A stretch of 64,000 bases of DNA from Lama guanicoe (lineage: Eukaryota): assembly GCA_013239625.1 (NCBI GenBank), contig MU053376.1, positions 1,326,833-1,390,832 of the forward strand, read 5' to 3'. Within the stretch, counting starts at the first letter, position 1; each line of letters starts with the position of its first letter. The notes beneath the pieces were generated by a model. It was not told where the DNA came from. It did not search any database and worked only from the letters and a program-made list of their open reading frames with translations. Shown here one piece after another: positions 35,349-46,400 of this stretch. Both the position numbers and the translations under genes were made by a program.

Positions 35349-37889
35349 CTAGCTACTGTCCTAGTGGTACCTGACCAGATCAGTTTGTGATGTCATTGAT
35401 TGTAATAGTAATAGTAATAATAACTTACTGAGAAACTGATATACCAGCTCCTCTCTTATACACTCTGTCTACACTTTCTCTCAGTAAGAGAAGTATTCTT
35501 CTTCCCATTTTAGAGAAGAGAAGACTGAGGCTCAGCTTTTCATAGGTTTCACAGCTTAGACAAGCTTCTTCTGACTCCAGACCTGAGCAGGCTGAAGCTG
35601 AGGCTGAGTGGCTACCTGCAGGGATGCTGTAAATAGAATTCGATTTCTGAGTGGGAGATTGCACTAGATAATTTCAGAGTCCTTCCAACTCTCAAAGTTA
35701 GACTAGCTTCAACTAACACTTTTAAGCACACACACATTCAGCACCAACTAAATGCCAGGTACTATGTAACATTCTCTCCAGGAAGTATGTGGCCACTAGG
35801 CTAACTCTTAAGATGCTTCTGGGCCATATCACCTATGCCTGTCCCTCTTATCCTTCTTGGCACCCAGAGTGACCACCCCCTTCACCCTCCATGCAGACTG
35901 AGCGCTCAGTTCATCTGAATATTTGGTGAAGAAGTTTCTTTGAACACACACCCATCTCTGCTGTTTGAGTTCATATGGTGTAGGGTGGCTGGGTCATTCG
36001 GGTGCAGTCCTTGACACCAAGATGTCACCTCAAAGAGGTGACCCGTGAGGCAAATGAATTTATTTTAAGCAAGAGCACCAGGCCAACCTCAGACAGAGCT
36101 GCCAATCCACTCTCCTCAGTCTGGCCAGCCAGGCAATGACGTGGAGGAGAAGACAAAAATCTGGAGGTGGGGGAGGGGCAGCCACATGCCCCAGAATGGT
36201 CAGAGGAACTGCAGGATGTGCTTAATGATCTTGAACTGGAGGCTTTACTCTACTGTTCCTGCCTGGCTTCCTGAGAGCCTGGGAAGCAGAGACCAGAGGG
36301 CTCTGGGGACGGAGGGCAGGCCTTTGGTCACTTAGAGGATGCTGCCAAGCATGAAAGCAGGCCCAAGTTCCAGAGACTTCCCTCTAGGATGCTACAATCA
36401 GAGCTTTTCTCTTTGCACATTTTTAAAAAAATATTTAAGCTTTTCAATTCTAACAGTAACAAAAACAAAATGTATTTTGTCTTTGCACAAAACAAACCAT
36501 GGGTTTATACACTAAGGAATCTGGGCAGCTGTGCTGCGTGTAAAAGAACTGGGATGAGAGTATCTCGCTCGTATTTTGCTCTGTGTTACATTATCGTGTT
36601 TGCTTTCTCTTTGAGTGTTTGCAGGATGTAGATGGTCTATCCGTAGTCCAAGATGTGCAGTTGATTTATTGCTTATAAACTTCCAGGTGTAAGCAGGAGT
36701 TGGTGTTGTGTAACACTTCTTACTAAGGAGTCAATCCCCGCACCCAGTAAAGAACAAACCCCATGGCCCTTGCCTTTAAGAGCAGCAGTAAACAGGTCGT
36801 TAGCAATGGTTTAAGGAGCCCCAAGGAGGGGCCCTAGGAAGGTCAGAGAAAGCTTCCTGGAGGAGGTGACCCTTGAGGCAAAGGAATAGATTTCAGGCAA
36901 GAGTAAGCGCTTCCCTCCTTCCCTCCTTCAGATCTTTTCTGCCAGTCTTTTCAGTCTTTCCATAGTTTAGGGTCTCAAACTGCTTTTCAGAGCTTGTGAA
37001 AGACAGGAATAATTTCCTTCCAATTTACAAGATGGGAAATCAAATCAAAGAGTGGCTAAGGGACTACTCAAGGTTTTCTTTCAAATTTAAGAATGACTAC
37101 GGGGTGCCTAGCTAGAGCTAGACATTTGACTACATAGCACAAAGGAAATATAGATAAACTTGTTATCACCGGGAGATATGAAAAGGAAAATTAAAAAATA
37201 ATCATAAAGATCTTATGCAAATAATTCCCCAGCTATTTATCCAGGACTTGCTATCTGCAAGGCATTCTGTGAGGCAATGGGTAGGGGTGGGGAGAGTTAG
37301 AAATATAGGTAAATATGTTCCCAGCCCTTAAGAACTCACAGTTTAACTGGCTGCAGGAGAGGCAGGGTGGCAGAAACAGGAATCTAATACTTGGTGGAAC
37401 ATAATGGCCCACACTATGAAGTACTGCGAAAGGAGTGGATGGGGCTTGCTGGAATTTAAGGGCTGAATAGAATTTTTCTGGGAAAGCTTCCTGGAGAAGG
37501 TGGACAAGGTAATGATGCTGGAAACCAGAGGAGATAAAGAGATGAATGACTGAATAAGCAAAACCTTTTTTACATACTTGCCTTTCCAGAGCCAGTTCAG
37601 TAATCACCTCTTCCATGAAGCCTTCCCAGATAGACAGGTGAAATTAGACATTGCTACCCTAACCCTCCACCACCCTAGGCTTGCAAAGCATGCCTTTTCT
37701 AGAATGTACCTTATTGCTGTACCTGTTAACTTACCTGCTTGCCTCAGCTCAAGGGCCCCGTGCCAAAGGAAGGAAGGCAGGAAGGAAGGACAGACAGAGG
37801 AAAGGCCTTTGACTGTAAGGGGCTGGGTACTGCATTCACGGTGGGGTGTCTCACTTTGGTTTTGTTTACTTATGTTTACTTTTTACTAT

Positions 37890-38015
37890 TTTAAAAAAAA
37901 GATTGGGGAGGAGGTAATTAGGTTTGTTTATTTATTTTAATGGAGGTAGTGAGGATTGAACCCAAGACCTCGGGGATGCTAAGCACATACTCTACCACTG
38001 AGCTACACCCTCCCC
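37890..38015 (-). mobile_element. Vic-1-like SINE
   Basis: Antisense 'ggtaattaggtttgtttattt...atggaggtagtgaggattgaacccaagacctc...ctctaccactgagctacaccctcccc'. Confidence 0.88.
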
Positions 38016-39335
38016 TCTACTTTTTTTTTTTCACTATTTTATTGAAGTATAACTTCCACGCAGTGGAAGGCACAAATCTAAGCATACAACCCAATAAATA
38101 TTTACATGTTTACAGCTGTGTAACCACCAACCAGATTAAGTTATAGAATGCTTCTAGCCCTGCAAACACTGTGGGCTGCCTCACCACACCAGAGTCACTG
38201 CCACTGCGGCCAGAGGAGATGAACCAGTAGGATGATGTAACTACGGAGTACCATCTAAGAAAATTATGAAAGAATTTCAGGCATTTGGGCTGGAGAAGCC
38301 ACGTGCTGGGGTGAGGGCATCATCTGTGTGAAGGGCTAACATGCACAAAGAAAGCAATGAGACTTGTCCAGCGGGTAGCATTTCAGTTCTGCAGAAAACC
38401 CCTCCTACCACCAGAGCTGACCCACATGGGAAGCAGACCCCCAGGCAAGGATAAGTGAGGTCCCCGTCAGTAAGAGGCAGCAGACAAGAACAGTACTGAC
38501 CAGCATTTATCAGCAATGATGGGGTGCGGGTAGGGGACTCAACTGAAGATGGCGCCTTCCAACTCTGAGCTTCTTATGGTTCTGGAATTCTTTGAGGGTG
38601 GAAGAGAGGACCCAATTAAACATTTGAATTTATGATTTGTTTTTGTTTCTTCCCCCTGCAGGATAACTTTACTTAATTGCAAGCACTGTGCAGGCCCATC
38701 ATTATCATCGCCAAATAAGTACTTGTCATCACCTACAGACCAACTGAGCCAGAGGGACCCTGGGGCTTCCCTCCCTGGTGCTCACAGCCTAGGTGGGGAT
38801 GGAGCAGATGTCGGTGTGCCACTGTGAGGTCGGGCCAGTACCCGCAAGAGAAGTTTGTTGCCCCCACCACATGCCAAGCTGTCGTGGGAACACCTACCCA
38901 CCTATCTCCTCAGCCCTTTCAGCACTGGTCCCCATGGTGGGCAAGTGGTCATGATGTCATGGCTCCTGCCACTACTAGAACACCTGGGCAGAGACGACCC
39001 TGTAGGGCCTTTCTGCTCTGCCTCCAGGAGCCAGTGCAGGAGAGGTGTCTGGCTGCCTTCATGAACAGGAAGGACCACACGGGACCCAACAGCCCTGTGG
39101 CCACCGTGGGGAGCAGCAGCCTGTGTCAGCTGCAGGCTCCTGGAAGAACTCCCAGTCTGGAGGCTAACACCCTCCTACTCCACCCCCATCCAGCTTTTTC
39201 CAGCAAAAAAAGCAATTTTCCTCAGAACTCTTTTTATTTTTTCCCTAGAGGATTATTTCAGAATTCCTCCAGAGATTCCTCCAAGTCACTATCCTTCCCT
39301 TCCCGCCCTCTCCTCACCCCCTCCCCCAACTAGGA

Positions 39336-39339
<4 letters not shown>

Positions 39340-39429
<90 letters not shown>
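39340..39429. repeat. (GA)45 microsatellite upstream of MFSD4A
   Basis: Perfect 90-nt GA run. Confidence 0.95.
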
Positions 39430-39430
<1 letters not shown>

Positions 39431-40244
39431 GGAGGGAGGGAGGGAGTGGGAGAGAGAGAGAACACCTTCCTCTATCCGGCACCTGTACGGATGAAATGTG
39501 GCAAGTGGAGACCGGCTCTCGGGCCCTTCTGCAGAGCATGGGGTTATTACCTTTCTGATGAAAGCCGTGGATACTCTCCCAAGACAAACTGCATGTAGGA
39601 GATTTTGTCTTCTACTTCAGGGGAAGATGGGGTGCTGTCAGAGCCCCGAAGTTCATCTGTGAAGCTTCTAGGTTTAAAAGGGAGGGCTCCGGGTTCTTCC
39701 ACCGCCAAAGCACCGGCCGGATTGGTGTCTGGGGAGGGCCTGCCGGTCCCTCGAGCCCAGGCGCAGCGCTGGTCAAGATCCTGCTCCCCCGTCTCCCGGT
39801 GTACGTACCGGACGTCTTAGGCTCTCAGTTTGCCCAGCTCTAAAATGGGCACCCAGGCCCCTCTGCCCTTGGGGGGCTGGAGAAGGAGGCAGCGGGGATG
39901 GGGAGCTGGGTGGGAGAGGGGGTGGGGGGGAAGAGCGGCTCCCGGTTGGTCTCCCGAAGCCGGGGGAGGGTGAAAACGCGAGTTCGGGAAGGAAGGGGAG
40001 GCTGGCGCCTGGCACCGCACGAGGAAGGCGCGGGCTGGGCCACGGTGCCCACGGGCGGCCGAGGGCCCCCCGGCTCCCCCCGGGCCCGAGGGCGGGGCCC
40101 CTCGCCGGGCGGCCCCTCCCCGCCCCTCCCCGCCCCTCCCCCAGCCCCGGCCTCCCCAGCCCGGCTGGCCCTCCCGCGGGCGAAGCGGCACTCGGGCACC
40201 GGCGCGCGCCCGGACCAGCCGCCGCGAGCCCGCCGGCCGGGGCC

Positions 40245-40474
40245 ATGGGCTGCGACGTCCGCGTGTCGGGGCTGCTCCGCCGCAACCTGCAGCCCACGCT
40301 CACCTACTGGAGCGTCTTCTTCAGCTTCGGCCTGTGCATCGCCTTCCTGGGGCCCACGCTGCTGGACCTGCGCTGCCAGACGCACAGCTCGCTGCCCCAG
40401 ATCTCCTGGGTCTTCTTCTCGCAGCAGCTCTGCCTCCTGCTGGGCAGCGCCCTCGGGGGCGTCTTCAAGAGGAC
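40245..40474 (+). CDS. MFSD4A: MFSD4A exon 1 (coding part)
   Basis: MGCDV...GGVFKR(T); donor GTGAGT at 40475. Confidence 0.95.
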
Positions 40475-43400
40475 GTGAGTGCCGGGCCCTCGCGCCGCGG
40501 CCCCCTGAGCCTGCCCCCCCCCCCCCCCCCCNNNNNNNNNNNNNNNNNNNNNNNNNNNNNNNNNNNNNNNNNNNNNNNNNNNNNNNNNNNNNNNGCCACC
40601 TCTCCTGGCTCCGCCAGCCGTGCCGCGCCTTTGCTGGAGGGCTCCCTCCCTCCCCCACCCCAGGTCACCCCGCAAAACTCTCTTCGGAGACTGAAGGTGA
40701 CTTCTGGATTATTTATTTGCCTTCACTCACCCCTGTGAGGGCATAAACCCAGCTTTCACCCCGCTTTTCCCACCCGCAACCCCTGGGGAGAGGGGTGATG
40801 GATTTTGCAGGGGTAGGAGGGTCGCCCTCTTGCACAGCCGGTGTGAGGTAGATCTGTAGCCCCTGCTGCCGGGGGTGGGGGCGGAATTGGAAGTGAGATG
40901 GCAGGAGAGGGAGTGTCACCTCAGGGGCCGTATGAGTGCCAGAGCTGGCTGCGTCTGGACAGTGCCCTCGGGCGGGCTCCACTCAGATCCTTAGCTCCAG
41001 ATCAGCTGACACAGGGTGTACCTTCCCCTGGGTGGCCACGGGGCTGGTGGGTCCTGTGTGCTCGTGTGTGGGAGCCAGAGTTCCTGCATTGGCGCCTGGA
41101 GGCAGTGCCTTTCTGCCACTGAGACACAGGACCTCAGAGCTAGGTCCATGCAGGGGAGGTGCAGGGTGACTCACTTGTAACTTAATGAGGTGACCCTCCA
41201 TCTCTGGTACCAGGGTCCCTCTCTGCTCCCCCCAACCCGCGATACTCCTCCCTGGCCCCTGCCCCAGGGCATGGCTCTGGTTTCTGCCTGGCACGGCCCC
41301 CAGAGATCCCTGTTTGGACACCATTGCAGAACCTCATTCTCCCAGCACAAATTCTTCACGGCCACCTCCGCAGAGTCCTTTGGAAAGGCAGCAGGATTCA
41401 CTCTCTTAGTACAGCTGGGAGAACAGACCCAAAGCAGGGGGTAGATGACTTGCAAGTCGAAGGCTGCTGGATATTTCCCTAGTCCCAGCTCCTGGCTGGG
41501 TGGTTTCCTGGACTGCATGGACTCAAGCAAGCAGACGCCTGGGAACAAAACCACGGTTCACTTATCCCAGAGAAGCCTCTGGGGGCCCATTCTGGACCAA
41601 GGGCTCTGCCCTTTGGCTCACTGCTAGAGGTATCCGTGAGGGTGGGGTTTCCTCTCCAACTCACTTCCAGAGCTGATGGAGAGGAACACAGGTGTCATGC
41701 ATATAAGACCCCCACCTTAAGCCATCCAACTGACAAAACTATCAACTAGGGAGTGATTATCATCACCGCCAAAATCCTCTTATAAACCAAAGCATTCTCC
41801 TCTTAAGAAGCAAGTGTTCTTGTATACACTAGTGTCTCTGTGGGTTTTGTACAGGATTGGGTGCATGGGGGACTCAGAAAATCTTAAGAGAAAGCTCGAG
41901 AGCCTTTCTGATTCTGCCTAGAGGTTTCATTAGAAATCTATCAGGGTATTTTTTTTTTCTGGTTTTGTTTTTAAGTATTTTGACTTAACAAAAGCTCCCT
42001 TTCCTGAAACAGTTTAGAAACAGGTGTATTGCAAAGAACAGGAAGGGGGATGAGGATAACTCTAAATGGCAGGTTGGTGTGCCAGGCTTTGTGAAAATAG
42101 CAGAGATACACACCCAGCTGGGCCAGCTCTTCCTTACCTGCTTTGTGCCTCCCTCAGTGAGGGGCTCTGAACAGGCAGCAGAAAGGGTCTTGCTTTAGGA
42201 AACTGGCTCACAGAAAAGAAAAAGGATGATGGTAGCAGTAATAACTAACTTTATGGAGCATTTACACGATGCCAGGCACTTTTCGTACTTAGCACCTCAC
42301 TTGTATCAACTCATTTAACCTTCACAACCACCCTGTAGAACCGTGGTATTATCTGCATTTTGTGCATAAGGAAACTGAAGTTCAGGGAGGTTAAGAAACT
42401 TGCCCCTGTAACACAGCTCTTAAGAGGTCTAGCAAGGATTTGAACCCACACATTTGTGTCTAGAAGCAGATACTTTGGAAATGCCTTTTGCTTTTTCATG
42501 AAAAAGCAAGCTGACTCATAGTAGTCAGCTTCATCTCTGCAGGGTACAAGTTAAACCCTATTCTCGCCAGGCAAAGGCATGGCGTGGGTATCCCTGGGTA
42601 CTCATGGGCTGAGTATTCCTGAACTGATACTCCTGGGAAGGAAACTGTGGGCCTTTGGGGCTCCCTGCTGGGATCCAAGGGGTGAGGATAGGGTAAAGTA
42701 GGGGGAGTAGGTCCCTTCAGTGGTTCAGGTTTAAATTCTGAACCTCAGTCCTCCCACCCCAAGACAAAATATATTAAAGAATCCTTTCCTTCCATCAAGA
42801 GCAATGTAGACTTCAGTGGAAATAGAGGGACATTACGGGGGTGGCTTGTGTGTAGACAGAGTCACCACCTAGCCAGGGCTGGACAGCTCATCGCAATCCT
42901 CCATCTCCGCAGACAAACAGAACCTCCACCAGTCCTGAAACCAGCTCTGAAAGCAGCTCTAAAGCTTGATTCCTTGGGGCCTCACTGCAAGTTAAAATGC
43001 TTATACCCCTACTAGTGCTTTTCAGCTTAAGTGATTACCTCGAGTGCGCTGGGCTGGTACTGTGAGTGGCAGATTGGTTTAACAAATAGAGAAGGGCCAG
43101 CTGTTTCGGGGGAGCGGGGGTGAGTGCGGGATGACACACAGGAGGAGAGTCAGGGCAGCGCCTCTTTCTCTGGCATTCCTGGTAAGTCCCGCCTACTCCT
43201 TAGCCCAGACTGAGGACCAGGGCTGGATAGGGTTTCTGGATGCCTCCATGGGGACGCACACTGGAGGGACTGAGTGTGGAGAGCCTGGGATGTTAGAGGG
43301 TAGAAGAGAGCAAGAGTCCTCAGCCCAGGGTGGGACCAGCTCTCTCCCTCTCTCTGTCTCTTCTAACACAGACAGAGATCTTGAAGGAGGCCACCACTTG

Positions 43401-46400
43401 CAGGTCAAGAGGGAAAAGCATGCAGTTAGGGCCAGAAGAATCTGGACTAGACCTTCCTTAGAAAAATCTTCCTTATTGAGAGCAAGGAACTTTTCAGAAA
43501 GAAAAATATCCAAAGCCACCTGGTTGGCAGGGTGTATAGGTATGTGTCAGACAGGAAAGAAGAGGGGTATTTAGCCGAAAGGTTAGGGTTTGGTTCCTGG
43601 TTTCATGGGGACCTGTCGAACCACCCTGGGCAGTTTGGGAAACCCCTTTATCTCAAAGGCATCAGGGTAGATAAATGGCTTTCAGAGTTGCCCCAGCCTT
43701 TTCCTAACCTCACCTGGGCCTTTTCTCTGCACGCTCTTACCTGAAGGCTTGAGTTCTTCTCTTTGCTGTATTAACTATCTCTTTCTCTACCTTTCTTTTT
43801 TTCTCAACTTCCTGCAAGTCCTGCCCTACCCAAAACCCAGCTCTGACTCCTCTGACATGCCCAGAGCATGAAACCCAGTCTTCCATGCAAGGTTCCCCAG
43901 GCCACTCTCTGACCTGCTTCCCCAGGATGCTGGCCCCTGTGGTCCTGGGAACACAATACAAAAGCCAGTTCCCTTCTCTGAGCTGCGTCCTTGTTGGTCT
44001 CCCATCTAGAAAGCCTCTGCCTCTCCCTCCAGCAGCTTGTCCACCTTTCAGCATGCGGAAACCTGGCCCAAAAGCCTCCTAGGGGACTAGCACCAGACAT
44101 GGGTTCTTGCTTTAAAAACCCATCTCTACATGGGAGTTACCATCTGACCAAGGAGCTCCACTCCTAGGTATGTACATACCTCAAGGAAGTGAAACTCTGT
44201 CCACACAAAAACTTGTACATGAATGTTCATAGCAGCATTATTCATAACTGCCAAAAAGTGGAAACAAACCAAGTGTTCATCAACAATGGATGGGCAAACA
44301 AAATGTGGTCTGTCTATACAATGGAATAGTATTCAGCCATAAAGAGGAAGCAAGTACTGACTCATGCTACCACATGGGTGAGCTCTGAAAACATTACGCT
44401 AAGTGAAAGAAGCCAATCTCAGAAGACCACATACTGTTAGGATTCCATTTGGCTGAAACTCCAGAGTAGGAAACTCTATAGAGACAGAAAGTAGATGAGT
44501 AGTGTCCTCGGGCTGGGTGTGGGGTGCGGAGAGGAATGGGGAGTGACTGCTAATGGGCATGGCATTTCTTTTTGGGGTGATGTAAGTGCTCCAAACTTAG
44601 ACTGTGGTGATGGGTTCGCAACTCTGAATATACTAAAAACCATTAAATTGTGCACTTTGAATAGATTAATTTTATCGTATGTAAATTATATCTGAGTTTT
44701 TTTTAATTTACAAAAATCTCAAAACTCATGCCATCCCTTAATTCACTCATTCAACGAGCATCTCTTGAGCCAGGCCCTGTCTGAAGGGTGACTATGACGC
44801 AGGCCCCTGCTCTAATGGAGCTGACGTTCTGGAGGACCGTTTTATTGAAATGAGGGGAATAAAGCAGGGTTAGGATGGAGAGTTACAGAGCTGGAAGCTA
44901 CTTGAGCTGTGTGGTCGGGGAAGGCCTCTCTGAGCTGGCATCTGAATGACAGGAGAGAACCATGCATGCAGAGCACTGGGGGAGAGGCGTTCCAGGCAGA
45001 CACAACTGCAAGTCCAACCAGCGTGGAGGGAGTGCTCCCCGTGGGCCCAGCACGTCATCGTGGGAGGGTGCTGCCCTGACCTGAGTCTAACAGGGCAGTC
45101 CTGCCCTAGGTTGGAATCCCCCCAAAGACAGGCTTCCTTACCCCTCCTTCTGGGTCCTGCCAGCCTTAACAAAGGGCTGTGAACAAGCAGGGCTGTCAGT
45201 GTGGGGGTGACCCACTTAGAGGGGGTCCTTTCCCCCAGCCCCTCCCTCAGTCTGAGTCACCGCTTCCCTGTCCTCCTGCCTTGAGCTGCCATCTCCAGCC
45301 TTCCTTCACTCCCAGGGGGCGTCCTGTCTCCTGGTTTCCTGTCCCAGCCCCACTCTTCTCTTGGGGGGCTGCCTGCCCCTTTTGGGGTAAAGAGGGGCTG
45401 GGGATGCCTCTGACTTCCTCCTCGTCCTGTATTCTATCCCTTTCCCTGGTCCTTCAGGGAAAGAGATTGTCCAAGGTGGATATGGGCATCCCCTGAGGTA
45501 AAAATGTGAGAATGTCAGTGCCACCCTGGGGTCACTCACTCTGCCAGTGGCATGGAGCTGGCCCTAGGCAGCATTCTTCCCTCTACCCCCAACTCCGCCC
45601 CCACCCCCGTCTAGGGAGTGGAGGGCAGGCCGGCAGGCTGACATCTTACTGTTTGTTTGCTCAAGGCCTCCCCCGACACCTGCTTTTAAAGCCAAGCAGC
45701 CCCTCCTATCACAGAACCAGGAGCGGGCAGGACGAGGCGATCACATGTGCCCTCTGGGGAAGGCAGAGCACCAGGGCTGACAAGGTCAGCAGCGTGCGCA
45801 AGGTCACATGGCGAAGTGGCGAAGTGGCAGGGCAGGCACCTCCAGCAGAGCCACTGCAAGGCTGGGGAGGATCTGGCTCCCTGCTCCCCCTCCCCTGTTG
45901 TCACCTTCAGTGTGGAGCCGTTAATAAGTAACTCGGACATGTTCAGGCTTCCTGAGGAAGGGCTTCCTAGACTGCCTGGGCTGTTCCTCGGTCTCCCCAG
46001 GCCTCGGGGGAGTGGGGCCCTTCCGCTCATTGGCCTGAATTAACCTCTGAACCTAGGGCCAGGGGAGGGACGATCAGTGACCCTACGTGGCCTTTTCCTG
46101 CGTTGGGGGGTCCAGAAAGTGGGTGGTCCCGGCTCTGTATTACTCCCTCTCTTCCCGGCCTGGGCCCACTTCCTGCTCTGTAAGGTGAGGGTAGGACTCT
46201 TCCATCCTCGCTGCCACTCTGGGCAGATCCTGAGCCAGCCTCCCAGGATCACGCCAGAGGGCACGGCAGCAGGAACAGAGGCAGGGCCTGGCGGGAGGAT
46301 CCAGGAACTGGCCTCAGTTCTCTGACTCCTTCTGTTGACCGTGCTTCTTCGGCCCTGGCAGTGCCACTTTAGGGGCAGCCTGGGGCCTGCAGGGAGGGGG

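Larger units (their letters stand above)
39700..40630 (+). promoter_or_regulatory. MFSD4A: CpG island / GC-box promoter of MFSD4A
   Basis: Very high GC and CpG density; Sp1-like GGGCGGGG (~40090) and CCCCGCCCC (~40118-40136); Kozak gccATGg at 40245. Confidence 0.85.

Noticed and set aside
39330..39587. 85-aa ORF with (SL)n repeat
   Set aside because: It is a translation of the (GA)n microsatellite.
39773..40746. Long ORFs (176-282 aa) on both strands over the MFSD4A promoter
   Set aside because: These are low-complexity Pro/Gly/Arg/Ala products of a CpG island, and several cross the N gap. The real coding frame is 40245-40474.
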